Of a DNA stretch of 64,000 bases, positions 53,060 to 64,000 are shown piece after piece. This stretch comes from Octopus bimaculoides (taxonomy: Eukaryota): contig NC_068995.1 of assembly GCF_001194135.2 (NCBI RefSeq), forward strand, positions 30,885,272 to 30,949,271, written 5' to 3'. Under the pieces are notes generated by a model that saw only the letters and a program-made list of their open reading frames with translations, ran no database searches and was not told where the DNA came from. The translations under genes were made by a program, and so were the position numbers. Each line of letters begins with the position of its first letter. The stretch's first letter is position 1.

Positions 53060-54293
53060 GGATGACTATGAAAGAGTGATACTAGAGCTGTGAAATCTTG
53101 CATGCAATAATTTCAACTCTTCTCATTAATAACTGTATTGTTTCTTTCCAGGTATACTAACATCTGACTGTTCAAAGAAGACTTCAAAATTAACTAGTAG
53201 TCTTGAAAATGGACAAAATTTCGCATTGTGGTGTTATCAAGTACCTGCAGAAAAAGGGTTTAGCACACAAAGGCATTCCTGCTGATATGGTTGCTACATT
53301 AGGGAATGGTACTCCAGCTTTATCAACAGTGCAAAAGTAGGCAGCTGAATTTAGGAGGGGAATGGAAAGTCTTGAAGATGACCCAAGGTTGGATGTCCTG
53401 TGACAGCCACCATTGAGGAAAACATCAATCATGTTCACTACATGGTGATGGATGACAAGCAAATGAGTATAAATCAAATAGTCAATGCTATTAGCATATC
53501 CTGTGAGAGAGAATTGAGAATATTCTGCACAATGAACTTGGCATGACAAAAGTCTCTGCTCACTGAGTGCCACATCTTGTGACACCTGATCAAAAGAGCA
53601 TCAGGTTGATAACATTTTGGAAAAATCTGACATTGTTTGATGCAGATGCATTTGGTTTCCTTGAACATTTCCTAACCCAGGATGAGTGTTGGGTTCATCA
53701 CTTAGAGTCAGAGAGAAAGAGATAATCCATGCAGTGGACACACCTTCTCTGAAGAAAACCAAGGTCATTTCATCTGCAGAGAAGGTGATGGCCTCAGTTT
53801 TGGGGGATGCAAAAAACATTGCGTTTATTGACTATCTTCAAGTGTGCTACATCATCAATATTATATAACTTACTGAGGCAATTATGAAAAGCTATCAAGA
53901 TCAGATACCCAGGAAAACTGAGTCTCATTTCACCAGGACAATGCTCCAGCACACAAGTCACTGGTTTCAATGGATGTGGTATGTGGCTGGCTTTAAACTG
54001 GTTGATCACCATCCCTATTCTCCTGATTTGGTCCCATCTGATTATCATCTGTTCCCTAACATGAAAGACACTTGGCTGGGAACCAATATTGCAGTGATAA
54101 TGATGTCATATCTGGTGTTAATGACTTTTTTTACCAACAGGATGAAAGCTTCTTCACCAATGGGGATCCAAGCACTGCAACACTGATGGAAGAAGTGTGT
54201 GGACTGCAAAGGGGACTATGTTGCAAAATAAACCACATTTGGTCACGTACCATAAGAGTATCTTAGTCAGCCTATGAACTTTCAGCCAACCCT
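53060..54293 (+). mobile_element. mariner transposase pseudogene, near full length
   Basis: MDKISHCGVIKYL..SLEDDPR..VPHL..TQDECWVHH..KVMASV..HQDNAPAH..HPYSPDLVPSDYHLFP; right TIR gcctatgaactttcagccaaccctca|TA; left end overprinted by a SINE. Confidence 0.9.
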
Positions 54294-54630
54294 CATATAT
54301 CTACATTTTTATATATCTGCATTTATATCTGTCTGTCTGTCTAAGAAACCTATTCTGCTCTGGCCATTTTCTCTTGTACTTTACTCCTTCCTACTTCACA
54401 TCCCCTAAAATGAAGTTGCTCTTCATGGGGTTTGTAATTTTGCTAGCTGTATGAACCTCACTGGTGCTGGTGGTGTGAAAAAAAGTACCCAGTACAATGG
54501 TTGATGTTAGGTAGGGCATCCAGCTAATACAGACACTAAAACATGATGCAGTCCTCGGGCCCATTGGATCCTGTCAAACTGTCCAATCTTTGCCAGCATG
54601 GAACATGGATGCTAATTGATGATATTTATG

Positions 54631-54670
<40 letters not shown>

Positions 54671-54671
<1 letters not shown>

Positions 54672-54865
54672 TGGGTTGGTGCATAATTATTGCAGCTTTT
54701 TTTCATCAAATTTTATTCAACAATAACAATATTTAACAAAAACATCTTTAAATGACGGTCTGACCGTCTGCCAAGCAAATGGGAAGCAGTAATTGAAGTA
54801 GATGGTGAATATGCTCTGGAATAATCATTTAAAGATGCTTTTCTTACATGTTATTGTTTTTGTTG
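54671..54865. mobile_element. End of a mariner-type element running into a gap
   Basis: TA|TTGGGTTGGTGCATAATTATTGC resembles an Hsmar1/MADE-type TIR. Confidence 0.55.
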
Positions 54866-55230
54866 NNNNNNNNNNNNNNNNNNNNNNNNNNNNNNNNNNN
54901 NNNNNNNNNNNNNNNNNNNNNNNNNNNNNNNNNNNNNNNNNNNNNNNNNNNNNNNNNNNNNNNNNNNNNNNNNNNNNNNNNNNNNNNNNNNNNNNNNNNN
55001 NNNNNNNNNNNNNNNNNNNNNNNNNNNNNNTATATATATATATATATATATGAGCTGTTTTCCAATGCTTGCATAGGTCCAAACTCCTGGGATCAATCTC
55101 CACCTCATCTCCTTGTGTCTTCCTTGGCTTTCCATTTTTGGAGCTTCCTATCTCTTAAATAACTTGGCACTTTACCCAATCATCCTCTATACATGTTCAT
55201 ACTAGTGGAGTTTCGTCCCTTGTAGACACA

Positions 55231-55273
<43 letters not shown>

Positions 55274-58200
55274 TACACACATGCTGTGCTAGGTTCTTGA
55301 TGGGAAATAGTATTCTGAAATTTGGCAGACGTTCTATGTTAGGCACAGAATTAACTCCCTTTGATCCAGTCATGCCATTGTTTTCCCCAAACTATTGCTT
55401 AACTGAAATAAATATTATTTATGTAAACACACAAATAAAGAGTTAAATACTAATCGAAATATATGTCAAATACAGGATTTTCTTACTTCTGCTCCATTTC
55501 AGCATACACATATACATTATGCATGCATTCATTCATCCATACATAACATAACACATTAACAGTGTTTTACATGATTTTTCTTTCATATTTGCTCAGAAGT
55601 GTTGGTTGCATTTATTGTAACAATTGTTTTTATATTTAGTTGCTATTTCTATTGCTTAACCCTGTGAAGTAGAGGCAAACTGAGCAAAGTTCACACTAGA
55701 GTGGCTAGAATAATATTTGAACTTATGATCATGTGGTTTGTAGTCCTTCACACCTTAATTGTACATTTACTGTTTCCCATTTCGCTTTGTCTCTCTAATC
55801 ATTATCTGTCCTGATGAAAATATGAAAAAATACTCTACACTTTGTGTACAAATTATACACTGCTATGGTGCACTTGTCTTCACAGTACAAAATTTGTCTA
55901 GCAAGTAGAGCATTTGTTTTCACTGTACAAGTCTGCACTGCAGTGGTACATCTATCATGTATACATGGACTGTGTACAAGTCTGCACTATAGTAGTGCAT
56001 CTGTCTTCATAGTGCCTTCACAGTTCAAGACATGCACTAAAGTGATACAGTTATCACATACACACAGACTGTGCATAAGTATGCACTGTAGTGATGTAGC
56101 CATCCTGTACACACATTCTAGATGATACTTTTTCCCAACAATTTCTTATACAACAAACTATTCCCATCTGTTTTTTCTACTAACACAGTCTCTGTTTTCC
56201 TAGATTTGTCTATTCTGTACTACATCCATCTAAATTGTTTGATATATCCATCTGGCACCCATCAGTTCCTGCTATGAACCCTTCCCAGAATAATTGCTTG
56301 TCATGTAACCCAATCTTTCCTCCTCAGAACTGCATATCTCACTGGAGCTCTTTCTCTCCTCATATTATACATCATCAACTAATATTCTGCTGAAATTCAA
56401 AGTGGAAATATTGGTTATATCATTGTCACCAAGTTATCCATTCAAATAATACCTCTTCATACTTTGACACCTGCCCCATATTTTTGGATTGATTAAACAG
56501 GAGAGAAATTATTTTGTTGCTAATTTTTCATTGTGTCACATAACTTCAGTTTAAAACTAGCTGCATTATATGAAATTTAGTTGTGTTTATCTAGCATCAT
56601 ATCCCAGGGTATGTTTGTTTCATATTCATTTTAAGATTCTGGAGCATCCACCTTTTGTTTTAAGTTTTAACTGTTTTTGTATAACCACAGATCCGCTCTA
56701 ATTGAATTAATCGCAATATCCAAAGAGCCCTCCCTTTACTATGATAGTAAGGTAGAGTTTTCAGGAAAAGTTGGCTGCTCTTTCTAGATGGTTGAACAAA
56801 GGGTTAACTTGTATGTTGAGCTGCATGATAGTTATTAGTTCTTCTTGAATAAATCTTTTGATGTAAGGGGCTCCTCAAATGCCAGTCTATTCTTCATTTC
56901 ATGATACAGCCACATATATCTCTTCAGTTTGATTCCAATCTAATTCTTACCAGCACAGGTCATGAATAATTCTAACGAATCTTTTTAGTGTAAAGCAGAA
57001 ACAAATCAACCAACAGAATCCCAACAAAATGCAACTTTGATGACTGAACTTCAATGTCTGTTTAGTTACATTTGACAAGCATTTACTGCCAAAGAAACTT
57101 TGTTGATAATTTTCTAATATATGGTAGTCTGCATCTTGTTAGGAATTCTGTCATTAATTTTGGAGTCATTATAGTGAAATCTAGGTTTCACTGAGGGTTT
57201 TCACAATTATCTCTTTTCTTCATCACATAATTATTTCTGATAAACTTTTAAATTCTCACTATATTAACATGTAAATTAAAAGGATTTCTCAAATGTTACT
57301 TGATATGTTTGGTGAATTATCAATTTAAGTGTAAAATAACTAGTTTTAGAAATCTAAGAATATCTTCCTATTTGAAGAAAAAATGAAAAGTTTTTTGTTC
57401 CTATTTGTGATTAAGAGTACAATAGAGCATTAAGTACTTTATGAGATCTTGACAAACCAGTAGAGGAAATTTACAACAAAGTTTTGTTTTCTTCATTGAA
57501 ATTGTCTCATTGTCCTTAGAGAGCATTTTAACAGGAAAACTTTCATTGCCTTTTTCTGCCAGAGAAGGCAAGGATGTCATGAAACCTCCCCACTACTTTG
57601 CACACATTGTATTGGAATGAATTATATATAAAAGGAAATGTGATTCCTTGATGAGCTAAGTGGATGGGGACACATGCACACATATGTGCATGCGTGCACA
57701 CACACACGTGTGCATGAAAATAACCTAGATAGTTTCCTTTACAATTCTTTTTGTACCAATTTTTTATGTCTCTTATATTTTATTCTAAAACAAGACCCTA
57801 TTTCCTTCAAAATCAAAACCCCTATTTCTTCTAACATAGGATCCTGTTTTTATTTGTGTCTGGCAGTGCACTTCCATTGTAACAATGTCAAAAAAAGGAA
57901 AAGTAAATAAAAATGGGTGCATGGATGCAGATTTCTAAAATTGTTAAAAATTAATTAAAAACTGACTCAACATGGAAAATGTTAGTTTTCCATCGTTAAT
58001 TTTTCCAATCTTATTGATATTTTTCCTTTTGGTAATCACTTAACTATACTTTTGACTTTATTTATTTGTATGTATCCTGTTAGGTGCAATTTAACCAGAA
58101 TAATGCCATTGGTTGACAATTACTGGTTCACTGAATTTGTGAGGCAAAGTGACGAGAGTGTGTCTAAGCAATTTGGATAGAATAAATGCTGCAACATATT

Positions 58201-58384
58201 TGGGATTGATTGCTTAGATTTATTATCAATTGAATTTGTTCTGCTTGAGTACAGCCCATAGTTAACTTACGATCTCTACCTGCTGTCTCAACAAATAAAC
58301 TGGATTTCAACTGGGGTGATATTATAAATGAGTTTACTGTATCAGAACAATGTGTTAATTGTTAAGTGATAGACACAAGTGTTC

Positions 58385-58745
58385 CATACCACATGGTTCT
58401 GGATTCATCCCCACTGCATGCCACCTTGGGCAAGTGCCTTCTACTACAGCCTTGGATTTGGCTGACAGAAACTGAAAGAAGCCCAACACACACACACACA
58501 CACACACACACACGCGTGTGTGTTTTTGTGTCTGTGTTTGTATTCCACCACTGCTTGACAACAGGCGTTGGTGTGTTTAGATCCTCATAACATAGCAGTT
58601 CAACAAAAGAGACCATAGAACAAGTGCCAGGCTTACAAAAAGAAAAAAAGAAAGATAAGTACTGGGGTTGATTTGTTTGACTAAAATTCTTCCTAGCTGT
58701 TGCCCCAGCATGGCTGCAGTCTGGTGACTGAAACAAGTAAAAGAT
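58385..58745 (+). mobile_element. SINE family A
   Basis: accacatggttctggattcatcccc..gactgaaacaagtaaaaga. Confidence 0.82.
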
Positions 58746-59189
58746 TATTGAATGTAGAGAGACTCAAATGGTTAATTAGAAATAATTAATTGGTGAAACA
58801 GATGGACAATTAAGTTAGTGTTATTAACAAATTAAATGAAGGGAGTATTATGTGGTGAGATAAGATAGTGTTAGTCATTGACTGATATTGTTTTAATCAC
58901 ACTAAAGTTAACTTCCCCTTTCACAGTACCAGTCACATACATGGGGTCAATATAATTGTTTTAACATGTGGGAAACAACTTTGGTTATTTTTTCAGTCTT
59001 ATTGAATTTCGTTCATTTTGCTACCCCAGTCAGTTTATGGCAGTTTGGTAGATGGTTGTAGAGTAGACATGCTGATGTGTTGTTAAGTCAACCCTGAATG
59101 AGCAGACCTATGATCAGTGATATTCCACACATGACCACCTCATATTTTATTTAAGTGTACATTAGACTACATAATCCAGTATCTTTTTA

Positions 59190-59570
59190 TCTTTTATTTG
59201 TTTCAGTCATTAGACTGTGGTCATGCTGGGGCACTGCCTTGAAGAATTTTTAGCTGAATGAATTTACTCCAAGGTGTTATTTTTTTCTTTTAAAGCCTGG
59301 TACTTATTCTATTAGTTTCTTTTTGCTGAACTGCTAAGTTATGGTGATGTAAACACTACCACCAGTTGTCAAGCAGTGATGGGGGACAAACACAGACACA
59401 AAGACACACACACACATACGATGGGCTTCTTTCAGTTTCTCTCTACCAAATCCACCCAAGGCTTTAGTTGGCTCGAGGCTATAGTAGAAGACATTTGCCC
59501 AAGGTGCCACACAGTGGGACTGAGCCTAGAAGCATGTGGTAGGGAAGCAAGCTTCTTGTCACACAGCCAT
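59190..59570 (-). mobile_element. SINE family A, opposite orientation to 58385-58745
   Basis: Reverse complement of the full family A body. Confidence 0.82.
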
Positions 59571-60248
59571 CTTAAGTGTGGTGTAGTTTAAGAGAGATTT
59601 CATTGCTATCTCTAGCAGATTGAGCAACCTAGTTGGAGGTTGGAACAGAAGGATTTACACTAATTGTCTTCATTTACTAATTACTAGCAACTACCTCATT
59701 AGATATGATAGGCTTAATTACTGGCAACTACTTTATTATATATGATTATCTTAATTACAAGAGTTACTTCATTAAATATGATCATTTTAATTAGTGGTGA
59801 TTTCCACATGAAATATACTTGTGAATCTTAACAGCTCCTAAGCCTTCCACCAAAAAGTGTGGTGGGTGGCCAGAGGAGCTTTTAGGGGTTGCTTAAATTT
59901 TTCTGTAGTTTTGAAATTTAAAGAATTAAGTAAGCCTGGTTGAAAATGCAACAAGAAATGCATATAAATTATTCTAGCACGAATCCTTTAAACTATTTGT
60001 CCAGTGCAAATGCACTTGGTTATTGTTATTAAGCTGCAGACCAATCTGAATGGAGTTGACATGATTTATTGTAAAGGGGAATCACTAAAGGGAAATAACT
60101 CAAAGTTCTTTCAGATTGCGACTGTTTGCTTGGTGTCTTTGAACTCAGTCTAGAAGTTAAGAATAATCCAGTTATTTCCAATAAGCTGTTTTTATATCTT
60201 ATTTTACTTCACCATTCCATTTATTTTCCTTTTTCATGTATTTTTCAG

Positions 60249-60281
60249 ATGAAGGCTAAAAATTATGAAAGAGTTGAAAAA
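60249..60281 (+). CDS. CSTF3: CSTF3 (CstF-77) internal coding exon, 33 nt, phase 0/0; equivalent to human exon 4
   Basis: Polypyrimidine tract ending tttttcag, then ATGAAGGCTAAAAATTATGAAAGAGTTGAAAAA, then gtaagt. Translates MKAKNYERVEK, matching human CstF-77 IKAKNYDKVEK as I recall it; splices in frame to 61669. Confidence 0.93.
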
Positions 60282-60499
60282 GTAAGTAACTTTTCATTTT
60301 TCTATATTTGGGTTTGGTAAACAATTATAATATTCCTGGTTATAAGTTTCTGCCAGGTTAATCACTGGTTCCTTGTATTTACAATGGAATCACAACTGAA
60401 TGTCTGTGTAATATATGTGGAACAAATACTGCACAGCTCTTTTTATCTGAAGACATTAGGTTCTCAATTTACTTGTCAATATTTATACCTTTTGTAAAA

Positions 60500-60660
60500 G
60501 CGGTGAGCTTGCAGAATTGTTAGCATGCTGAGTCGTTCTGAGTTCAAATGTTACCAAGGTCAGTTTTGCCTTTAATCAATAAAATAAGTACCAGCTGAGC
60601 ACTGGGGTCGATGTAATCGACTTAAACCCTCCACAATCCCCAAAGAATTTGAAAAACCAA
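60500..60660 (+). mobile_element. SINE family B in the CSTF3 intron
   Basis: ggtgagcttgcagaattgttagc..gagttcaaat..aataagtaccag..ctggggtcgat. Confidence 0.75.
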
Positions 60661-60750
60661 TATTTATATCTTTCATTATTATTCCTTGGTGAAAGGTGTA
60701 AACATACATACATATGACCATCCAAAATTTGTATCCCCAGGAGGTCATAG

Positions 60751-61180
60751 GTGTGTGTGTGTACATACATGTATACAGACATGTGTATTTGTTAAGCTTT
60801 AACTCTCACTGATACCCTCTAAAAGTTACAACTTGTTTTACGGTCAGGGGGTCAGTAGCTGAACTACCCTCCACCTCATTCAACTGGATGAAGAAGTGGT
60901 GAGGGAATATGCGATAATCTGGTGGCACCTGCCTCTTCTTCGGGTACAGTTGGACTTTCACTTCTCTGTGAAATATTCTTCTGCTTATATTTCAAATCTG
61001 GTTTGGTGGGTTCCCTCACCACTTCCTCATCCAGTTGAATGATGGAGTGTAGATGAGGTGGAGGGCAGTTCAGCTACTGACCTCCTGACCATAAGACAAG
61101 TTGTATTCTTTAGAGAGTATGTCAGAGTTAGAGCTTAACAAATACACATGTCTGTATACATGTATGTAAACGCACACACA
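60751..61180. repeat. Long inverted repeat, about 155-bp arms and 103-bp spacer, in the CSTF3 intron
   Basis: 60751-60907 is the reverse complement of 61011-61180, with scattered substitutions and a 14-nt insertion. Confidence 0.92.
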
Positions 61181-61668
61181 CACACACACACAGTCTGTCT
61201 CTCTCTAATGTATTACAAATGATACTTGGAAAAACAAATATATCTCACAAATTAATTAGAAAGTTCGCAAGAGCAATTAGATTCCAGAGAATAAGTCTAT
61301 TAATATCCTCAAATGTTAACATTGATCAAATAGATTTATTGATCTGAGGTCTACACTGCCTTTCCTCCTTTCAGGATCGATAAAATAAAGTAACAGTCAA
61401 GTACTAGGATTGATGTAATCAACTTGTCCTGTCCAGTCAAAATTGTTGGCATTGAATCTTGCAACAGACTGGTCACTTATACATCATAGATCTTGGTCAC
61501 TTGTATACAATAGGAGCTAAGTATCTGGCCTTCTGAGTGATAGGGATTGAGAAAAATTAAAAAAAACACACAAGATGTTGATATCTCAAAGGTTAATATT
61601 GATGTCTCAACTTTGAATTGTATGTTTTTTAAAACAACTTGTTTTCTTTTATTTCCCTCCTGTTGTAG

Positions 61669-61766
61669 CTTTTCCAGCGCTGTTTAATAAAGGTTCTGAA
61701 TATAGATCTGTGGAAGCTCTACCTCTCATATATAAAGGAAACCAAGGGAAAGTTGCCTTCTTACAG
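61669..61766 (+). CDS. CSTF3: CSTF3 (CstF-77) internal coding exon, 98 nt; HAT repeat region
   Basis: ccctcctgttgtag acceptor, AG|gtaaga donor. Translates [32 protein letters not shown](R), against human [33 protein letters not shown]. Confidence 0.97.
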
Positions 61767-61829
61767 GTAAGAAACAAAAATAATTAACAAGTGATTCATA
61801 ATGAAGTCAATATTATATTTCAAACAAAG

Positions 61830-62045
61830 GTAGTGAGCTAATAATATCGTTAGCATGGCAGGCAAAATGCTTAGCAACATTTTTTGTTTTCCCCCGTGTT
61901 CTGAGTTCAAATTCTGCTGAGGTCGACTTTGCATTTCATCCTTTTGGGCTTGATAAAATAAGCACCAGTTGAACACTGTGGTCGATTTAATTGACTAAGC
62001 CACTCCTCAAACTTGCTGGCCTTGTACCAAAATTTGAAACCAATT
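61830..62045 (+). mobile_element. SINE family B
   Basis: Same pattern as 4730-4935. Confidence 0.8.
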
Positions 62046-62244
62046 TTATATTTCAAAAGTGGTGAGTGAATTGTCAGTGATGGTTGTGACAAAGGATTAA
62101 ATAGATGAGGGAATTACGGAAATGGTAAAATACCAGATTTAATGAATGTCTTGAGTTCAAAACCTGACAATCCTGAATTTAACTTTCATTCCTTTGGGTC
62201 AATAAAATGGAATGATTGGTGGTCAAACATTGGGATTGATTTAA

Positions 62245-62457
62245 CCCTTTAGCATGCAGCTTTCCTTGTCAAATATATTGCTTATTTATTCACATTATTT
62301 TAAATTAATCATGCATTATCTTGTAGCTTCAAGATTTCAATGGCATGTTTGTATATTTTTTGAATGACATTGTAAGGTAGTGTGAGAGGTTGGATTTGGT
62401 CAGTTTTAGCATAAAAAAGGTTGAATATTTGGGTTGGATATGGTTGGATTAAAAGGG
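62245..62457. mobile_element. piggyBac-type MITE, family 2
   Basis: TTAA|CCCTTT...AAAGGG|TTAA; interior matches 11311-11527 and about 48481-48687. Confidence 0.8.
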
Positions 62458-62812
62458 TTAATTGACTAAAAATCCTCTGTACCAATGGTAGAAATCAGTA
62501 TTAACCCACTTGAAATCAATGGTAAGTTGGCAGAAATAGCAATTTCTGGGCTGAATACATTTCATTCTTAATAATTGAGTTTCTTTGGTTCTCAGTTCAA
62601 ACATTAACTTTGTCCTCCATCCCTCTACAATTGATAAAATAACTTTTTCTGATATACTGGTTGATTCAGTCCTCTTCTGCTAAAATAAGTTGATTATGGT
62701 CAAAATAAATTAATATTCACCATTAAGTTTCATTTAGATAAGTTTTAGGTCTGAGATATAAGTATGGTTCATATACCCAAATTCCTATATAATCCTAGTC
62801 TCCCTACCTTAA

Positions 62813-63034
62813 CCCTTTTGTCACCAGATTTCTGTTGAGATACTTTGTGTTTCTTTCAATTAATTTTAAATATAACAAAGAATTTAGTAAAATAACTTAG
62901 TTATCATTAAGCTAGTGTTAAGAATATAAATTGTGATAAAGGTTTGGTGGAAGATTTTAATCCAAAACTTATGAAAACAAGACATTTGTATTACAGAGTC
63001 AGAGGTAGTTTCAGCCGGGTTGGTGTCAAAAGGG
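62813..63034. mobile_element. piggyBac-type MITE, family 1
   Basis: TTAA|CCCTTTTG...CAAAAGGG|TTAA; interior matches 13801-14010. Confidence 0.85.
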
Positions 63035-63297
63035 TTAAGTTAACTGCTATTTATAGAATATTTTATTCCCTTGCGATATCTATTTTACAGCTTTCAGCTG
63101 TAAAAACTTAATTTCAATTTACTTTACTTTGACAGTGTATCTCTGTATTTATCCATGTACCTGGTTGTATATGTGTATGTTTGCCAAATTGTACATTACT
63201 TTATTAAGAAAAAAAACCTTACATTATTTTATGATTATAATTTTATCATTTGACTAAAAAGGAGTAATAAATATGTCAGTGTTTATTGTATAATGTT

Positions 63298-64000
63298 ACC
63301 ATAAAAACCCACGTAATTTACACACTTTTTTCTGCAAAAACAAAAATAAACTTTAGCCGGTGTGTAAATCACATGACTAGATCGTTTCCAGAATCTCTTA
63401 GAAATTTTTTTCCTGAAGAATGACTTACAAATGTAAACATTTGTATGGGAAGTTGACTTGTTTAATGTCAGAATAGGTTTTTACAGAAAAAATATAATAA
63501 AGTTGACTTTTGTTTATGCTGGACAGCATAATGCTTACTTTTTCTGTATAAATTTACTAAAATCATTAAATGGTTAACTACTTTTAGAAGTTTGATGTAC
63601 ATACTGGTAATCACAGTCCAGGCTATATTTTACATTGCTTGGAGTTTCTACCTATCGCAAAGGAGCCCAGCAATTTCCTTAAATAGATCAGTTTTTCTCT
63701 GCTTAAGAAGCCTAACTTGCGTTTGCATCCAGGAAGCTATTACTTACTTTCTTGGTGTTAGGGCAATGAAATTCATCACCGCCGACATCACCGCTACCAG
63801 CTCTTACTGCACCCAATGCCGATGACAACATCATAATTCATCCTTGTGCATGTAAACTCACTAAGTGAATATGACTTAGCGTTCCTACAGAAACCTTCAT
63901 TTAACTTATACAATGTTTAATGTCGTTTCACATTCATGTTGAATTATGCAGCAATCTTATGTTCTTTTCATAGAATACTTGTAATGTATGTATTACCAGT
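63298..64000. mobile_element. Second, uninterrupted copy of the 7973-9131 element; truncated by the window end
   Basis: Long direct similarity, e.g. gacttagcgttcctacagaaaccttcattta; carries an extra about 100-bp internal segment near 63640-63800. Confidence 0.7.

Noticed and set aside
56998-57070. Frame beginning NQPTE, resembling the start of human CSTF3 exon 3 (NQPID)
   Set aside because: The remainder (SQQNATLMTELQCLF) does not match and splice sites are absent.

Overview
AT-rich, repeat-dense eukaryotic DNA from a gapped draft assembly, most likely octopus (inferred from the tRNA-derived SINE families I recognise and the TA/CA microsatellite load). The only host-gene coding sequence I can support is two + strand exons of CSTF3 (CstF-77/su(f) orthologue): a 33-nt exon at 60249-60281 (MKAKNYERVEK) and a 98-nt exon at 61669-61766 ([32 protein letters not shown]). 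I could not find the upstream CSTF3 exons in the called bases. The rest is largely mobile-element debris: two abundant SINE families, RTE-type LINEs, an RLE-type non-LTR element, Penelope-like elements, mariner and Tc1 elements, TTAA-flanked piggyBac-type MITEs and a Tc2-like element. Notable items: two hammerhead-ribozyme-like motifs, three unrelated local inverted duplications with similar geometry, dsRNA-forming structures on both sides of the CSTF3 micro-exon, a Tc1 sitting on the axis of a palindrome, a minisatellite derived from mariner coding sequence, and a CpG- and motif-rich promoter-like patch at about 21.2-21.5 kb. No CRISPR, rRNA or true tRNA genes were seen. Repeat boundaries were read by eye and are approximate.
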